In this document: positions 35,689 to 47,734 of the stretch, one piece after another
How positions within the stretch are numbered: the stretch's first letter is position 1
Layout: each line of letters starts with the position of its first letter
Assembly (NCBI GenBank): GCA_043228905.1
Contig: JBHGNT010000004.1
Span: 17,360,001 to 17,424,000 of the forward strand
Reading direction: 5' to 3'
Length of the DNA: 64,000 bases
Source: Azolla caroliniana
Lineage: Eukaryota > Plantae > Polypodiophyta
Translations under genes and position numbers: made by a program
Notes under the pieces: model-generated
Told to the model about the DNA's origin: nothing
Databases searched by the model: none
What the model saw: only the letters and a program-made list of their open reading frames with translations

Positions 35689-38600
35689 GTGCGTGGATTG
35701 CAAGGAGAAGCAACATGTGTCACACCTAGTGGCGCATGTAAACTAGTACTACCCGACAAGAAGCACAAGCACCGAATACAAGAATTTGAGAAGATGCTGA
35801 AAGAAGAGAACATAATAGAAGAAGGAGAGTTCGTGACTCATATTATGGAAGAAGCCTCATTTAACGACACCATCGGCGAAATCGAGGACGTCGTGGACTT
35901 GAGCTATCTTCAAAACCAACGCGTGATTTTGGTTAACTCCGTCAACATGTACGCTATCATCGATGAATACCGTCGTGCCATCTCGATGAAGGAAGCTGAC
36001 ATCAACACGAAATATAAAACGGTGGATAAGAAGATCAAGCCAGTTGCGGTTCCGCTACCGGAAGATAGCTGGCAAAAGATGAAGGAAGTCGCTAACGATC
36101 CAAGCTTAAGAGATCCGAAGAAGATAGTTCATGTCTTCACCAAAGAGACGAAGGGGAAGCTACGAGTTGGAAAGGAGGATTTCCTTCTCCCTGAAGAGGA
36201 GCGAATGTTTCGCGATATGCTTGAGAGACATGGGAAGGCTTTCGCATTCTTCCCACGAGAAATCGGATGCGCCGACCCAAAGGTTATAGAGCCGATGGTG
36301 ATCTTCACGGTGCTTCATGTGCCTTGGAATTTGAAACCGATACCGGTACCGAGAGCACACCTTCCAAAGCTGATCGAGCTCTTAAAGGAGAAGGTGAGTA
36401 TGGGAATTCTAGAACCGTCGAATGCTCCTTATTCCAATAGGTGGTTCACGGTGCTGAAGAAGAATGGATCATTGCGATTCATCCAAGATCTTCAACCCGT
36501 CAACAAGGTGACAATTCGAAATGCCAGAATCGGTCCGAGCGTGGACGAATTTGCCGAAGCGTTTGCGGGCCGGTCCATCTACTCCATTGGCGATCTCTAC
36601 TCCGGATATGACCAATTCCAATTGGCGATCGACAGTCGGGACATTACAACCATGAGAACTCCAATCGGGCTTGTGCGGATGTGTACCTTACCCCAAGGCG
36701 CAACGAACTCGGTGGCTCATATGGTGAATGCCATGAATAAAGTCTTGAAGGATTGCATTCCGAACATCACGATGCCATTCTTGGATGATATTCCGATAAA
36801 AGGATGTTCGGGTGAGGAGAAAGATGAATCGAAAGATAAGGAAGGTTGTAGAAAGTTCGTTGCGGATCATATGAAAGATTGCGAGAAGGTGCTTCAAAGG
36901 CTCGAAGATGCGAATTTGACATTTTCGGGAGAAAAATCCGCATTCGGGCAACCGGAGATCTTGGTGGTAGGTCACTTGTGTGGAGCATACGGCCGGAAGC
37001 CCTCGCCATCCAAAGTGAACGCAATCCAAGACATGAAAGAAGAATGCGAAAACCAAACGGAGGTTCGAAGGTTCCTTGGAGCGTGCGCGTTTTATCATAT
37101 ATGGATTCCTCACTACGCTCATGTCGCCAAACCGTTATATGGACTACTAAAGAAAAGAATAAAGTTCGAATGGCGAGACGAGCACACAAAGGCGATGCGA
37201 AGATTAAAGAAACTGCTTCTTGAAGCTTCGGCACTAAGGAAGGCCGACTATGCCGAAGGGAAACCAATTTACGTGACCGTAGATACGAGCCCAACCGGAA
37301 TCGGGTGGGTCATCAATCAAGAAGGTGAAGATAATGCGCGATATGCCGTCCGGTTCGGAGCAAAGGTTCTCAGCGAACGGCAACAAAGATATGCCCAAGT
37401 CAAGCGGGAACTTTGGGGTATTGTGTCGGCAGTGAAGACGGACAAAGATTACCTGATCGGGTCAGAAGTAATAATAGAGACAGATTGTCTCCCAATTCTC
37501 GGAATGGTCTCGGGATGTGCGACCCCAGATCTTGCTATGCTAAGGTGGATCGCCTACATCAAGTCTTTAAACCTAGAGATCCGTCACATCGCAGGGAAGA
37601 AGAACACCATGGCTGACATGTTGTCGAGGGCAAGATTTTCAAATGGAAGTAACATGGTTTCGGAAGATGAAGATGTCGCCCTCGACTTCTTCAAGATGGC
37701 TCAATTGTCGGCAGAAGACCAGGACACGCAAACCCTCCACGCCTTCAACGAGAACGAGTACGAAGGAGAGTGGTTACTCATCGGTAGATTCCTAAGAACA
37801 TTGACGACAGATGCTTCGTTGACAAAGGAGGAGGCCCTACGAATCCGAAAGAAAGCTTACCAATACTTCTTGAAGGGAGGATTCCTTTGGCGACATCCAA
37901 AAAGAAGGACAGGAATACCACGTCGAGTGGTGGTAAAGAAAGAAGAGCAAGAGACGCTGATGACCGAATTCCACGAGAGTGCTTGGGCAGGTCATAGAGG
38001 AACATGGGCGACGTTCGAAAAATTGAAGGAGAAGTACTGGTGGCCAAGCATGTACAAAGATGTACTCCATTTCGTGTCCACATGCGAAACTTGCCAAATA
38101 TATTCAAATATACGTCATCGTGATGAGTTAAAGCCGACATACCCACTCACCATACACTTCAAATGGATGGTGGATCTGGTCTCGATGCCAATGGGAGTGG
38201 GACAAATGAAGTACTTAGCGTTGGCAAGGGAAGACTTGACAAATCAAGTGGAAGGACGAGCCTTGACAAATAAGACGACTTCAGCTGTTTGTAAATTTTT
38301 ACTTGAAGATGTTGTTTGCCGATATGGATGTGTAGGGAAGATAGTGGCCGACCGAGGGGAGTTGGACGCGCACGAAGCGACGGAGCTCTTCGAAAGACTA
38401 GGCGTGAAGCTCTCCCTCACGACTGCCTACAATCCGGAAGCAAATGGGAAGATCGAGCGAGGGCATGGACCTATCGTTAAAGCCATCATATGGGCATGCA
38501 ACGGTCGAGTCAGGAATTGGCCACGACTATTACCCTATGCCTTGTGGGCCGATAGAACGACACATAGCTCGGTGACAGGGTATATGCCGACGGAGCTTAT

Positions 38601-39108
38601 GTATCGACAAAAGCCGATTATGCCCATCGAAAGGACGATCGCCTCATGGGTAGCGATACCGTGGGAGAACGAGATGAGCCGAGAAGAGTTATTAGCGGCG
38701 CGGATAAGGCAACTTGAAAGAAGACCTGAAGATTTAGAAAAAGCGCGAAAGATGATGAAGGCAGCCCGAGTAAAGAACAAAGTTCGGTTCGACAACACGT
38801 ATCGACTTCGTCCCAAGAAGATTGAAGAAGGGGATTGGGTTTTGGTTTACGACGGCACCCTTGACAATCAACACAGTACAACAAGGAAGTTCGCAAGAAG
38901 ATGGTTCGGGCCGTATGTGGTGACAAGTGCCAACGATAATGCCACATACCACCTTGCGGAACTAGACGGATCAAGGTTGGTCGTACCCATTGCGGGAAAA
39001 AGAGTAAAGATTTTCAAGAAAAGACAAGACAAGGATCCTAACCTCGACTACCTCGACGATGAACATAATGGGGCGGATGTAAATGAAGACATGGAGGAAT
39101 CTAATTGA
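35689..39108 (+). CDS. Gypsy D pol (RT, RNase H, integrase), open 1139-aa frame
   Basis: LPQGATNSV / PFLDDIPIKG RT, VDTSPTGIG RNase H, H-x-GH..C-x2-C, VADRG, WFGPY integrase; no chromodomain. Confidence 0.93.
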   Translation: MRGLQGEATCVTPSGACKLVLPDKKHKHRIQEFEKMLKEENIIEEGEFVTHIMEEASFNDTIGEIEDVVDLSYLQNQRVILVNSVNMYAIIDEYRRAISMKEADINTKYKTVDKKIKPVAVPLPEDSWQKMKEVANDPSLRDPKKIVHVFTKETKGKLRVGKEDFLLPEEERMFRDMLERHGKAFAFFPREIGCADPKVIEPMVIFTVLHVPWNLKPIPVPRAHLPKLIELLKEKVSMGILEPSNAPYSNRWFTVLKKNGSLRFIQDLQPVNKVTIRNARIGPSVDEFAEAFAGRSIYSIGDLYSGYDQFQLAIDSRDITTMRTPIGLVRMCTLPQGATNSVAHMVNAMNKVLKDCIPNITMPFLDDIPIKGCSGEEKDESKDKEGCRKFVADHMKDCEKVLQRLEDANLTFSGEKSAFGQPEILVVGHLCGAYGRKPSPSKVNAIQDMKEECENQTEVRRFLGACAFYHIWIPHYAHVAKPLYGLLKKRIKFEWRDEHTKAMRRLKKLLLEASALRKADYAEGKPIYVTVDTSPTGIGWVINQEGEDNARYAVRFGAKVLSERQQRYAQVKRELWGIVSAVKTDKDYLIGSEVIIETDCLPILGMVSGCATPDLAMLRWIAYIKSLNLEIRHIAGKKNTMADMLSRARFSNGSNMVSEDEDVALDFFKMAQLSAEDQDTQTLHAFNENEYEGEWLLIGRFLRTLTTDASLTKEEALRIRKKAYQYFLKGGFLWRHPKRRTGIPRRVVVKKEEQETLMTEFHESAWAGHRGTWATFEKLKEKYWWPSMYKDVLHFVSTCETCQIYSNIRHRDELKPTYPLTIHFKWMVDLVSMPMGVGQMKYLALAREDLTNQVEGRALTNKTTSAVCKFLLEDVVCRYGCVGKIVADRGELDAHEATELFERLGVKLSLTTAYNPEANGKIERGHGPIVKAIIWACNGRVRNWPRLLPYALWADRTTHSSVTGYMPTELMYRQKPIMPIERTIASWVAIPWENEMSREELLAARIRQLERRPEDLEKARKMMKAARVKNKVRFDNTYRLRPKKIEEGDWVLVYDGTLDNQHSTTRKFARRWFGPYVVTSANDNATYHLAELDGSRLVVPIAGKRVKIFKKRQDKDPNLDYLDDEHNGADVNEDMEESN

Positions 39109-39180
39109 TCATCGTAGCCGAAATCTCACTTTCTCTCTTCTTGGCACGTACCGGAGGACGTGCGGTTTGGTGGGGGTGGA

Positions 39181-39771
39181 TGTCGTGAAGATTTTCGGCA
39201 ATAGTGTCAAAATCCCATAAAACGTACGAAATCGAGTATGAATCACATAGTACAATAATTGTGAAGATAACATTTTAAATAAATTTAATATCTAAGTACA
39301 AAATGATGGAGGTTTCGAATGCACTTTATTACACGAGAAACGGACAACTAAATGTCAAGATATGAGGGTATAAAGTTTGTGAAAGGAAAAGAGAAAATTG
39401 TGAGATATCCCACATAGGCACGACAAATACGACTCTCATCATATATAAGGTGGAGCAAAAGATATTATCTTTGTGGCTATGTGTGGAGCATAGAGAGTTC
39501 AAGGTAACTTGAACTAAGAGTGGAGGTGGGCTAGGTACTCGTAAAGGGTTTTGGCCAACCAAAACCGGACCGGCGATGGAGCCGAGCATCCGGCGACGGT
39601 GATCCGACAGCATCCGGCGCCAGTGAGACACCAACATCTGGTGACGGCATCGGTAACCAACCGCATCCGGCGACGGCATCCGGCGACGGTGATCCGACGG
39701 CATCCGGCGCCAGTGAGACACCAGCATCTGGTGACGACATCGATAACCGACGGCATCCGGCGATGGCACCG
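39181..39771 (+). repeat. Gypsy D 3' LTR (truncated) with GACGGCATCCGGC-type internal repeats
   Basis: Matches 23413-23635 plus 32452-~32790. Confidence 0.9.
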
Positions 39772-39850
39772 ATCAGCGTGGTCAAGGAACCATCCAGAGG
39801 ATCAGCTCTAGAAGAGCTGACACAGATGGTGCGTGATCTCCAGATCACGT

Positions 39851-40493
39851 GAATCACACACTACGTGAAATATGTAAAATACTATATCCGATTTAAAGTA
39901 CATATAATAAAAAAAATAAAATATTAAAAATATTTATTACCTGCATAGGGCAGGGTTCGAACCCTATACCTCCACGTAGACAAACCCCAGCCTTACCACT
40001 ATACTAACATATTATAAATTTTAAAGTTATACTAAATCTTATCCCATGTGAATGATATGCATGGTACAAAAAGTTATTCATGCATACACACTCAAGTTAA
40101 AAGAAAAGATGGGATAGAAAGTTAATCATGCACATGTAGTGTGCATGAAAACTAAAGTTAGGAAAAGCATGATGGTTGCATGTGATAAACTTAGACTCTT
40201 CCAACACTATATAAGGGAGAGAGAAAGATGTATAGTGGTTGTTGATTATTTTACAAGGGTTGAATAATATAATATATTCGTGGGATTCACAAATTTGCTA
40301 ACTATTTTTTCCTCTCTTAATCTGAGTACTCACTAATACACTATACTCGTGGGATTCACGAGTTTTTCATATCTTTCTTTCTTACAATATATTTCATATT
40401 CTTAATTGCCTTAGAATTTTCTTTTCTCCTAGTCCAAAACCTTAGTGGTTCCCGCCCGACTCACGTAACGATCCAGAGCCGAAAGGCACGACA
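39851..40493 (+). repeat. Solo LTR (5' terminus clipped) inserted in Gypsy E gag
   Basis: Ends GGCACGACA, flanks ACGT|..|ACGC; removal restores VRDLQITQARRD. Homologous to 21641-22412. Confidence 0.82.
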
Positions 40494-41277
40494 ACGCAGG
40501 CCCGGAGAGATAGCGGAGGACAGTCGCGCGATCGGAAGCCTCCGGTCTACCAGCGATGTATGTGGTGCGACGCGGTCGGACACGTCCAGAAGGAGTGCAC
40601 AGATTTTGCAAAAGCGCTTAGGAGCCACGTGGTGTACCTCTAGAATGGGCGGGTGCACGCGAGCGAGACCCGGAAAGCCCTGGAGTTGAATATCAGGTGC
40701 GGCGGAATGAAACGGTTGATGGAACAAGCCGCGGCGCGACACGCTAAAGCCATTCACTACTCGGCATCAGCCGGAATCCGGGTTGGGAGTGACGATGGCA
40801 ACAAAGGAGCAGAGGACTCTGGATTCTGGCCATCAGTGCTACAAGGCCTCTCCGGAGTACAACTGAGGAAGGAAGAAGCGGACCGCGTGGAGAAGCGGAT
40901 CCGGGAGGTTACCGGATGGGACGATCCAGTCGAGGAGAAGACCGGTTTCGTGGAAGCCGCGTGCCAAAACTACGAAGTTCTGGTGGAGGACAAGCAAGCG
41001 GGGAAGGCCGGGGAAGCCAGACCTTCGAAGAGATGCGGAGCAGACCATGTAAGAACGACTCTAGTAGTTCCGGTCCGCAAGATAGAGCGAAGCGAGCTGG
41101 TTACCGGCTCGGCACATAGATAGAGAGGTCGACGGACATACGAAAGGTCCTCGAAGAGCGGATCCTCAAAAGCAAGGTGGAGTTGTCACTGAGGGAGGTG
41201 CTTGGAATCACGAAGGAGTTCCACGATTCCATCGTGGACTTAGTAAAGCGTAAACGGCTCTCGACGGAGCCGAGACT
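40494..41277 (+). pseudogene. Gypsy E gag C-terminal fragment (element truncated)
   Basis: CMWCDAVGHVQKEC knuckle; HYSASAGIRVG..TGWDDPVE homologous to the D gag. Confidence 0.8.
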
Positions 41278-41296
41278 AGATGTATGTCTTCATGAC

Positions 41297-42077
41297 AGTT
41301 TCTAAAGAAGATCCAAAATGGAAAGCAGCCATGCAAGAAGAATAAAACTTGGGAGATTGTGTCACTACCACCAGGAAAGAAGGTGGTTGGGTGCAAATGG
41401 GTGTTTACAATAAAACAAACCCCAAAGGGGAAAACAGATCGATACAAGGCACAGTTGGTGGCTAAAGGATATAGTCAGACATATGGCATTGACTACGATG
41501 AGACTTTTGCACCTATAGCGAAGATGAGCACTATTAGAACGCTTATTTCCTTAGTAGTGAATAAGGATTGAAAATTATATCAATTAGATGTAAAAAATGC
41601 ATTCCTTCATGGAAAGTTGATGGAGGAAGTGTACGTGGATGTCCCCCCAAGTTTTGGTACAATTCAAATAGTAGGTAAGGTTTGCAAACTAAGGTACAAT
41701 TCAAACATTAGCTTTATGGACTAAAGCAATCTCCTCGAGCCTGGTTTGACAGGTTAAGAAGGGCTATGGTAGGTATGGGATACCAACAGACGAATGCAAA
41801 CCATATAGTGTTTTCTCAACAACACAAGGAGCATACTACATTACTTGTTGTGTATGTGGATGATATAATTATCACGGGTAACGATGAAGGAGAAATTGCG
41901 CAACTGATGGTGAAATTGGGTAAAGAGTTTGACATGAAGGATCTAGGATTGCGACGAGACTTTCTTGGAATTGAGGTATCTCGTGGAGCAGAAGGAGTTG
42001 TTCTATCTCAGCGGAAATATTTAGTAGATCTTCTCACAGAAACTGGAATGTTGGGTTGTAGGCCCGTAGCTTCTCCA
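41297..42077 (+). mobile_element. Copia F resumed: RT fragment
   Basis: KEDPKWKAAMQEE, RYKAQLVAKGY, VYVDDIII; same family as 1-1481 and G. Confidence 0.88.
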
Positions 42078-42088
42078 AGCCTACAACC

Positions 42089-45000
42089 CAACTGGAGAAG
42101 CTACAGGCCTACAACCCAACATTCCAGTTTCTTTGAGAAGATCTAGTACATATTTCCGCTGAGATAGAACAACTCCTTCTGCTCCACGAGCTACCTCAAT
42201 TCCAAGAAAGTATCGTAGCAATCCTAGATCCTTCACCTCAAACTCTTTACCCAATTGCATCTTCAATTGGGCAATTTCTCCTTCATCATTACCCGTGATA
42301 ATTATATCATCCACATACACAGCAAGCAATGTAGTATGCTCCTTGTGTTGTCAAAAGAACATTGTATGGTCTGCATTCGTCTGTTGGTATCCCATACCCA
42401 CCATAGCCCTTCTTAACCTGTCGAACCAGGCTCGAGGAGATTGCTTCAGTCCATAAAGCGACTTCCTAAGTTTGCAAACCTTACCTATTGTTTGAATTGT
42501 ACCGAAACCTGGGGGAACATCCATGTACACTTCCTCCATCAACTCTCCATGAAGGAATGCATTTTTTACATCTAATTGATGTAATTTCCAATCCTTATTC
42601 ACTACTAAGGAAATAAGTGTTCTAACAGTGCTCATCTTCGCCACAGGTGCAAAAGTCTCATCATAGTCAATGCCATATGTCTGACTATATCCTTTAGCCA
42701 CCAATCGTGCCTTGTATCGATCTATTTTTCCCTCTGGGGTCTGTTTTATTGTAAACACCCATTTTCACCCAACCGCCTTCTTTCCTGGTGGTAGTGACAC
42801 AATCTCCCAAGTTTTGTTCTTCTCAAGAGCTCCGAGTTCTTCTTGCATGGCTGCTTTCCATTTTGGATCTTCTTTAGCAACCTGCCAACACTTGGGTAAA
42901 GTGACAGAGTCTAATGATGCAATGAATGCTCTATGTGTAGCTGATATGTTAGAATAAGATATAAACTGAGCAATATCATGAGGAAAACCATAACGATCAG
43001 GAGGGACCCCTGCATTACTATGAGAGGTCCTCCTAATCTTGATAGGAGAAGGAGAGGAAATCATATCACCTATAATTTCTAGGTTCGGGAGTTCTGTAGG
43101 TATTTCAGAAGTCGAGGCAGGTCCGGACATGGAACTTGATGGCACATGTGGTGCTGAAGATGTGTTCACATTTCTGTCTTTCTGCCTCCTCTTCCTTGTA
43201 TACACCTTTAGCTCCCCCTCAGCTTGAGTCCCAACACATATAGGCTCCTTGTCTTCGTTTCCTTCTTCCATACCTCCTACGCTCACTTGTTTCTCAGCTG
43301 ATGTAGGGATCAACAAAGGAATTCATCCTATTTTTAGCAACCTCTCACAATTATCTCCTTCCCTCATATTTTCAGTCTGAATTAAGTGATCAAAGGGTGA
43401 AGTTACCTCTTGTTTATAATATGGCTCTTACTCTCTGAAATGCACATCCATGCTCACAAATAATCTCTTCTCTACTGGACTCCAACAAACATAGCCTTTT
43501 TGTGTGGCAGAGTATCCCACAAATACACATTTTACAGCTTTAGGATCAAGTTTTCCTACAGATGGTCTACTGTCCTTTACAAAACACACACACCCAAACA
43601 CCTTCAAAGGAAGGATTCCAGAGTTATTGCCTTGCAACAACTCACATGGAGACTTCCACTCCAATACTCTAGAGGGCATTCTATTGATCAATGTGGCAGC
43701 CGTCAAAACTGCCTGTCCCCACAACTGCTTTGGGACATTCATAGAAATCATCGTGCTTATCGTTACCTCTAGAAGATGTCTATTCTTCCTCTCTGCTACT
43801 CCATTTTGTTCTGGTGTATATGGGCATGTAGTTTGATGTTGTATTCCTTGATCTGAGAGGTATGCCCTAAATGTCATGTTAGCATACTTTGTTCCATTAT
43901 CAGACCTCAACACTTTTACTACTGCACCATATTGAGTTTCAACTGCTCTATGAAAATCTTTAAAACAAGTAAATACTTCATTCTTTTTTCTCATCAAATA
44001 TAACCAAGTCACACGAGAGAAGCAGTCAATGAAAGAGACAAAATATCGATATCCATTGATAGAACTTGTGGGACATGGTCCCCAAACATCGGATTGTATT
44101 ACATCAAATGGATGGGAACTCCTATGACCTGAACTAGCACATGAACTTTTAGTAAGCTTACCAAATTCACATGCATCACAAACAAGTTTTGTTTTATCCG
44201 CCATTTCAAAAAGGTGTGGATACACCCGACTCAAAATGCCATAAGAGACATGTCCCATGCATTGGTGGTGAAGTATTAACAAGTCCTCATAACTCATTTT
44301 AGATCCCCTTACATCTATTCCCTCTACCATAGATGTTAATGCTGAATCCAGCCCTTCACGATCCAAATACCATAGTCCACTATGCCATGTGCGAGTCCCA
44401 AGTCTCCGACCTGTCCCTTTCTCCTGGAATATCACCTTGGGAATATCAAAAGAAACAACACATTTTAGTTGGTGTATGATAGAACTTATGGATAATAAGT
44501 TTACTGTGAAAGAAGGAGCATGCAACACATTAGACAATGTCACAGAGTTGGTACATTTTACTGTACCTATACCCACTACAGGTTGTGTAGTACCGTCAGC
44601 AATTTGAATGCTTTCTGGCATTGCTAAGTGAGTATACGTGGAGAATTCACTAGCATTACCCGTCACATGCCTAGATGCACCAGAATCAATTATCCATTCT
44701 GGTGCAGAGGCAAGAGTATTTGTGTTGCTTGTACTTGTGGCAGAATAAGCATAGGTGGCAGTGTTACCTCTTGACATGAATGAAGTATCATCTGCGGCTC
44801 TTTGCTTCCTCCTAAGTATTTCTAAAAGAGCTTGATCCTCTTCGGTGAACACCACTCTAGTTCCTTCCTCTTCTTTTGCTACCATCAAGTTTGCTTGGTA
44901 ACCTCCTCTTGCACCTCTTTGGCCCCCTCGACCACGACCTCTAGTTTGTCCACGTCCTCCATATTCTCTCTCCTTAGATGGTTTAGGGCAAGCATTCTTG

Positions 45001-46227
45001 AAATGACCAGCTTCACCACAATTGTAGCATTTTCGATTTTCACTTCCGCTTGAATTTGACACCATTAGTGCCGATCGCACCCCTGGAAGTCCGGTAGTGT
45101 CAGAGAGCAGCTTCATTCTACTCTCCTCTTGTATCATAGTCATGATTGCCTCATGAAGTGTAGGAATTTCAGCCTTGGCTAGAAGAACTGCCCTTCTTTG
45201 ATCAAATGACGGGTTGAGATGTTTCAAAAATTGCATAGTTCTTCTTTGAGCAGAAATTTCCTTGCTCTTACACTGAGGATCATTGCACACTGTCACAGGC
45301 CAGAAATGATCGTATTCTGCCCATAGGCGCTCCAGCTCTGTGGCATATTCCTGAATCATCCTATCTCCCTGGCAAACAGCATCTATCTCCTGCTCGATTT
45401 GAAATACTCTCATGTTGTTTCCCCTCCCTACATACGTCTTTTGCAATTTCTCTCATATCTCCTTCACACTTAAAATTCCATCAACTGTTGTGGCGATTGA
45501 TGGAATCATGGAGTTGAGAAGCCACGTGTACAATGGCATGTGGGTAGCTCTCCATGCTTTCCATTCATTGCTTGTTTTGATAGGAGGCTCTTTCTCTTCT
45601 CCCGTAAGGTAGCCGTCAAGGCTTCTCCCTGCCAAGGCACCTATAATCCGACGCGACCAGCTCAAGTATGTGGCTGGTCCATCGAGTCTCAACTAGGAGG
45701 AGTTCAAGTCGGGGTGGTGTTTGTATTCCTATCACACCTCCAGATGCTACAATCTCAGCCTGTTTCATGTATTTCGCCAATGTTTTCACCTCATCTTCGT
45801 TCAATTTTGAGAACACATCATCCATCTTGTCAAGTTGGCCTATCTCTGCTTTCCTCTTCTGACTTTTTTCCCAAGTCACCTCTCAATCACATAGCAATGT
45901 CATCCCAAATGAAACAAAAAAAAATCCCCCTTTCCTCTCTTGAATGCTAGGACAGTGTTGTTCCAATCACTGTCATACCAGCAGAAGGGTAGATCTAGGG
46001 TTCTGCAGAGGGGCGGATCTATGCTCTAATACCATAAAGAAATATAAGAAAGCACATTTGTTCAGTAATATACATTGGTAGGAGGGAGAAAAATAGAGAG
46101 ATCTCTTCTTTTTACATTTGGAGAAAGTCCCTCTTTATAAAGGCCAAGATCTGGCCGTTGGGCTAACTAGCTGTTGAAACTAACTAGCCGTTGGGCTAGC
46201 CGTTATAACTTTTAAACATTCTCAACA
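42089..46227 (-). mobile_element. Ty1/Copia retrotransposon G (Ale-like, short LTR), 3'-truncated in RT
   Basis: 5' LTR 46035-46227 (~193 bp), PBS TGGTATTAGAGC 46023-46034, gag LDGPATYLSWSRR, CYNCGEAGH, WIIDSGAS, RSDNG, RT YVDDIII; stops and frameshifts. Confidence 0.93.
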
Positions 46228-47734
46228 AAAGCCAAATCACAACACTTAATGGGCAACCTCGTTAACCTCTACGATTTAAAATGTATTAAATTATATTTCT
46301 TTTAGCATCTTTTTGTGCTTGGTAAATTAATATCATTTCATTGTCAAAGAGCGCACATTTGGCTTTGCAAATAACATTGTTTTAAGAGAAACCTTCAAGA
46401 AATATTAAAAATATATGCCAAAAATGGTAATGACATAAACAAGTTGGTGTGTGGGAAAGAAACACAATCACCTTGGATTTCATACTAACATAGTAGCCAA
46501 CTCAGAACCTCCTTTGCTCGTAATCTATGCAATCAATCATGATATTCATTGAAGTGGCTACCTTGGTGGCACCGAAAATGTAGTAATTCAAAGATGATAA
46601 AGCAAGTTTCAAGCAACTAAAAAGAAATATTTTTACATCTTATACTAGTGTTGACCTTATTTGACATTATTTCTAAATATTATACAACTATCATCAAGCT
46701 TATTTCATATTTTGCATATTACCTATATGTTTTTAAATAGCATATAGCAACAATACTACAAACTCAATTACTTGGAACACAATTCCATATCTCCAATCAT
46801 TCAAGTGGAACCTACTAAGGTTTTCAGGAATTTAATCTCCATGTTGATTTCATATTAAAAATCTATGCTTGCCATGAAAAGACTGCCATATGAGTCTCAA
46901 CGAATATAAAACGAGTCATAGAGCCCTATAAAAGAGACTCTAAACTCTTTTCAGCTATATCCATTCAAATAGCCTTACAAAGTGGAACCATAAATCCTCC
47001 AAATTACAACGTTTGATAACATTCAAAAACAAAATTAAACTTTGTTAGAAATCACAAAAAATTCACCAAACAAGTAACATTTGCAAACATTTAATAGCAA
47101 ATATAACTTTGATAAAAACCACCCTTAATTTCTTTCCAAAGGTGGATATCAAGCTAGTGGGAAATAGCACGCAAACGCAAACACAAGATAACTAACCACT
47201 TGGGCACATCGCTTACCGTTAGGCGTTTTAACCCAATGTTGAAATTTGGGAGATGAAATACTTTCTAAAAAATAAACTCAAGAGAAAAAAAACTTTCATA
47301 AAAACTGCCATTAATTTCTCTCCTTCACAGGATATCAAGATTAATTTCTCTCCTAGGGATATCAAAGACTAATTTCTCTCCTTCAAGGGATATCAAGATA
47401 ATGGAAACAGCACGCAAATGCAAATGAAAGAGCAAAATAAAGCTTTGAAATACCACGTTTCTCTAATGAGGGTATATCAAGCAAATGCAAAGCAAATTTT
47501 ACAATGTAAGCTTGACAATCACTTGGGCGTATCCCTTACTCTCAACAATCTAGCCCAACTTTAATACCTTGGATGAAGTGAACTCCTTTTATAAAAATTC
47601 TTAAACCGCAATACAATGTTCAATATGATATTCCAACTCAACTTGTGTAGAATGATTTCTCAAACATGTGGAATAATATAATCAAACTTCAAGATTTGTA
47701 AGTATGGGCATGTATATCCATCTCTCTCTCTATT

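Larger units (their letters stand above)
23413..39771 (+). mobile_element. Ty3/Gypsy retrotransposon D (tRNA-Trp PBS); 5' LTR interrupted by a DNA transposon; 3' LTR truncated
   Basis: 5' LTR 23413-23635 plus 32452-33370 (12-bp terminal IR TGTCGTGAAGAT/ATCTTCACGACA), PBS 33379-33395, G-rich PPT ~39163-39180. The 3' LTR runs from 39181 and breaks off at ~39771 into gag of element E. Confidence 0.93.
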
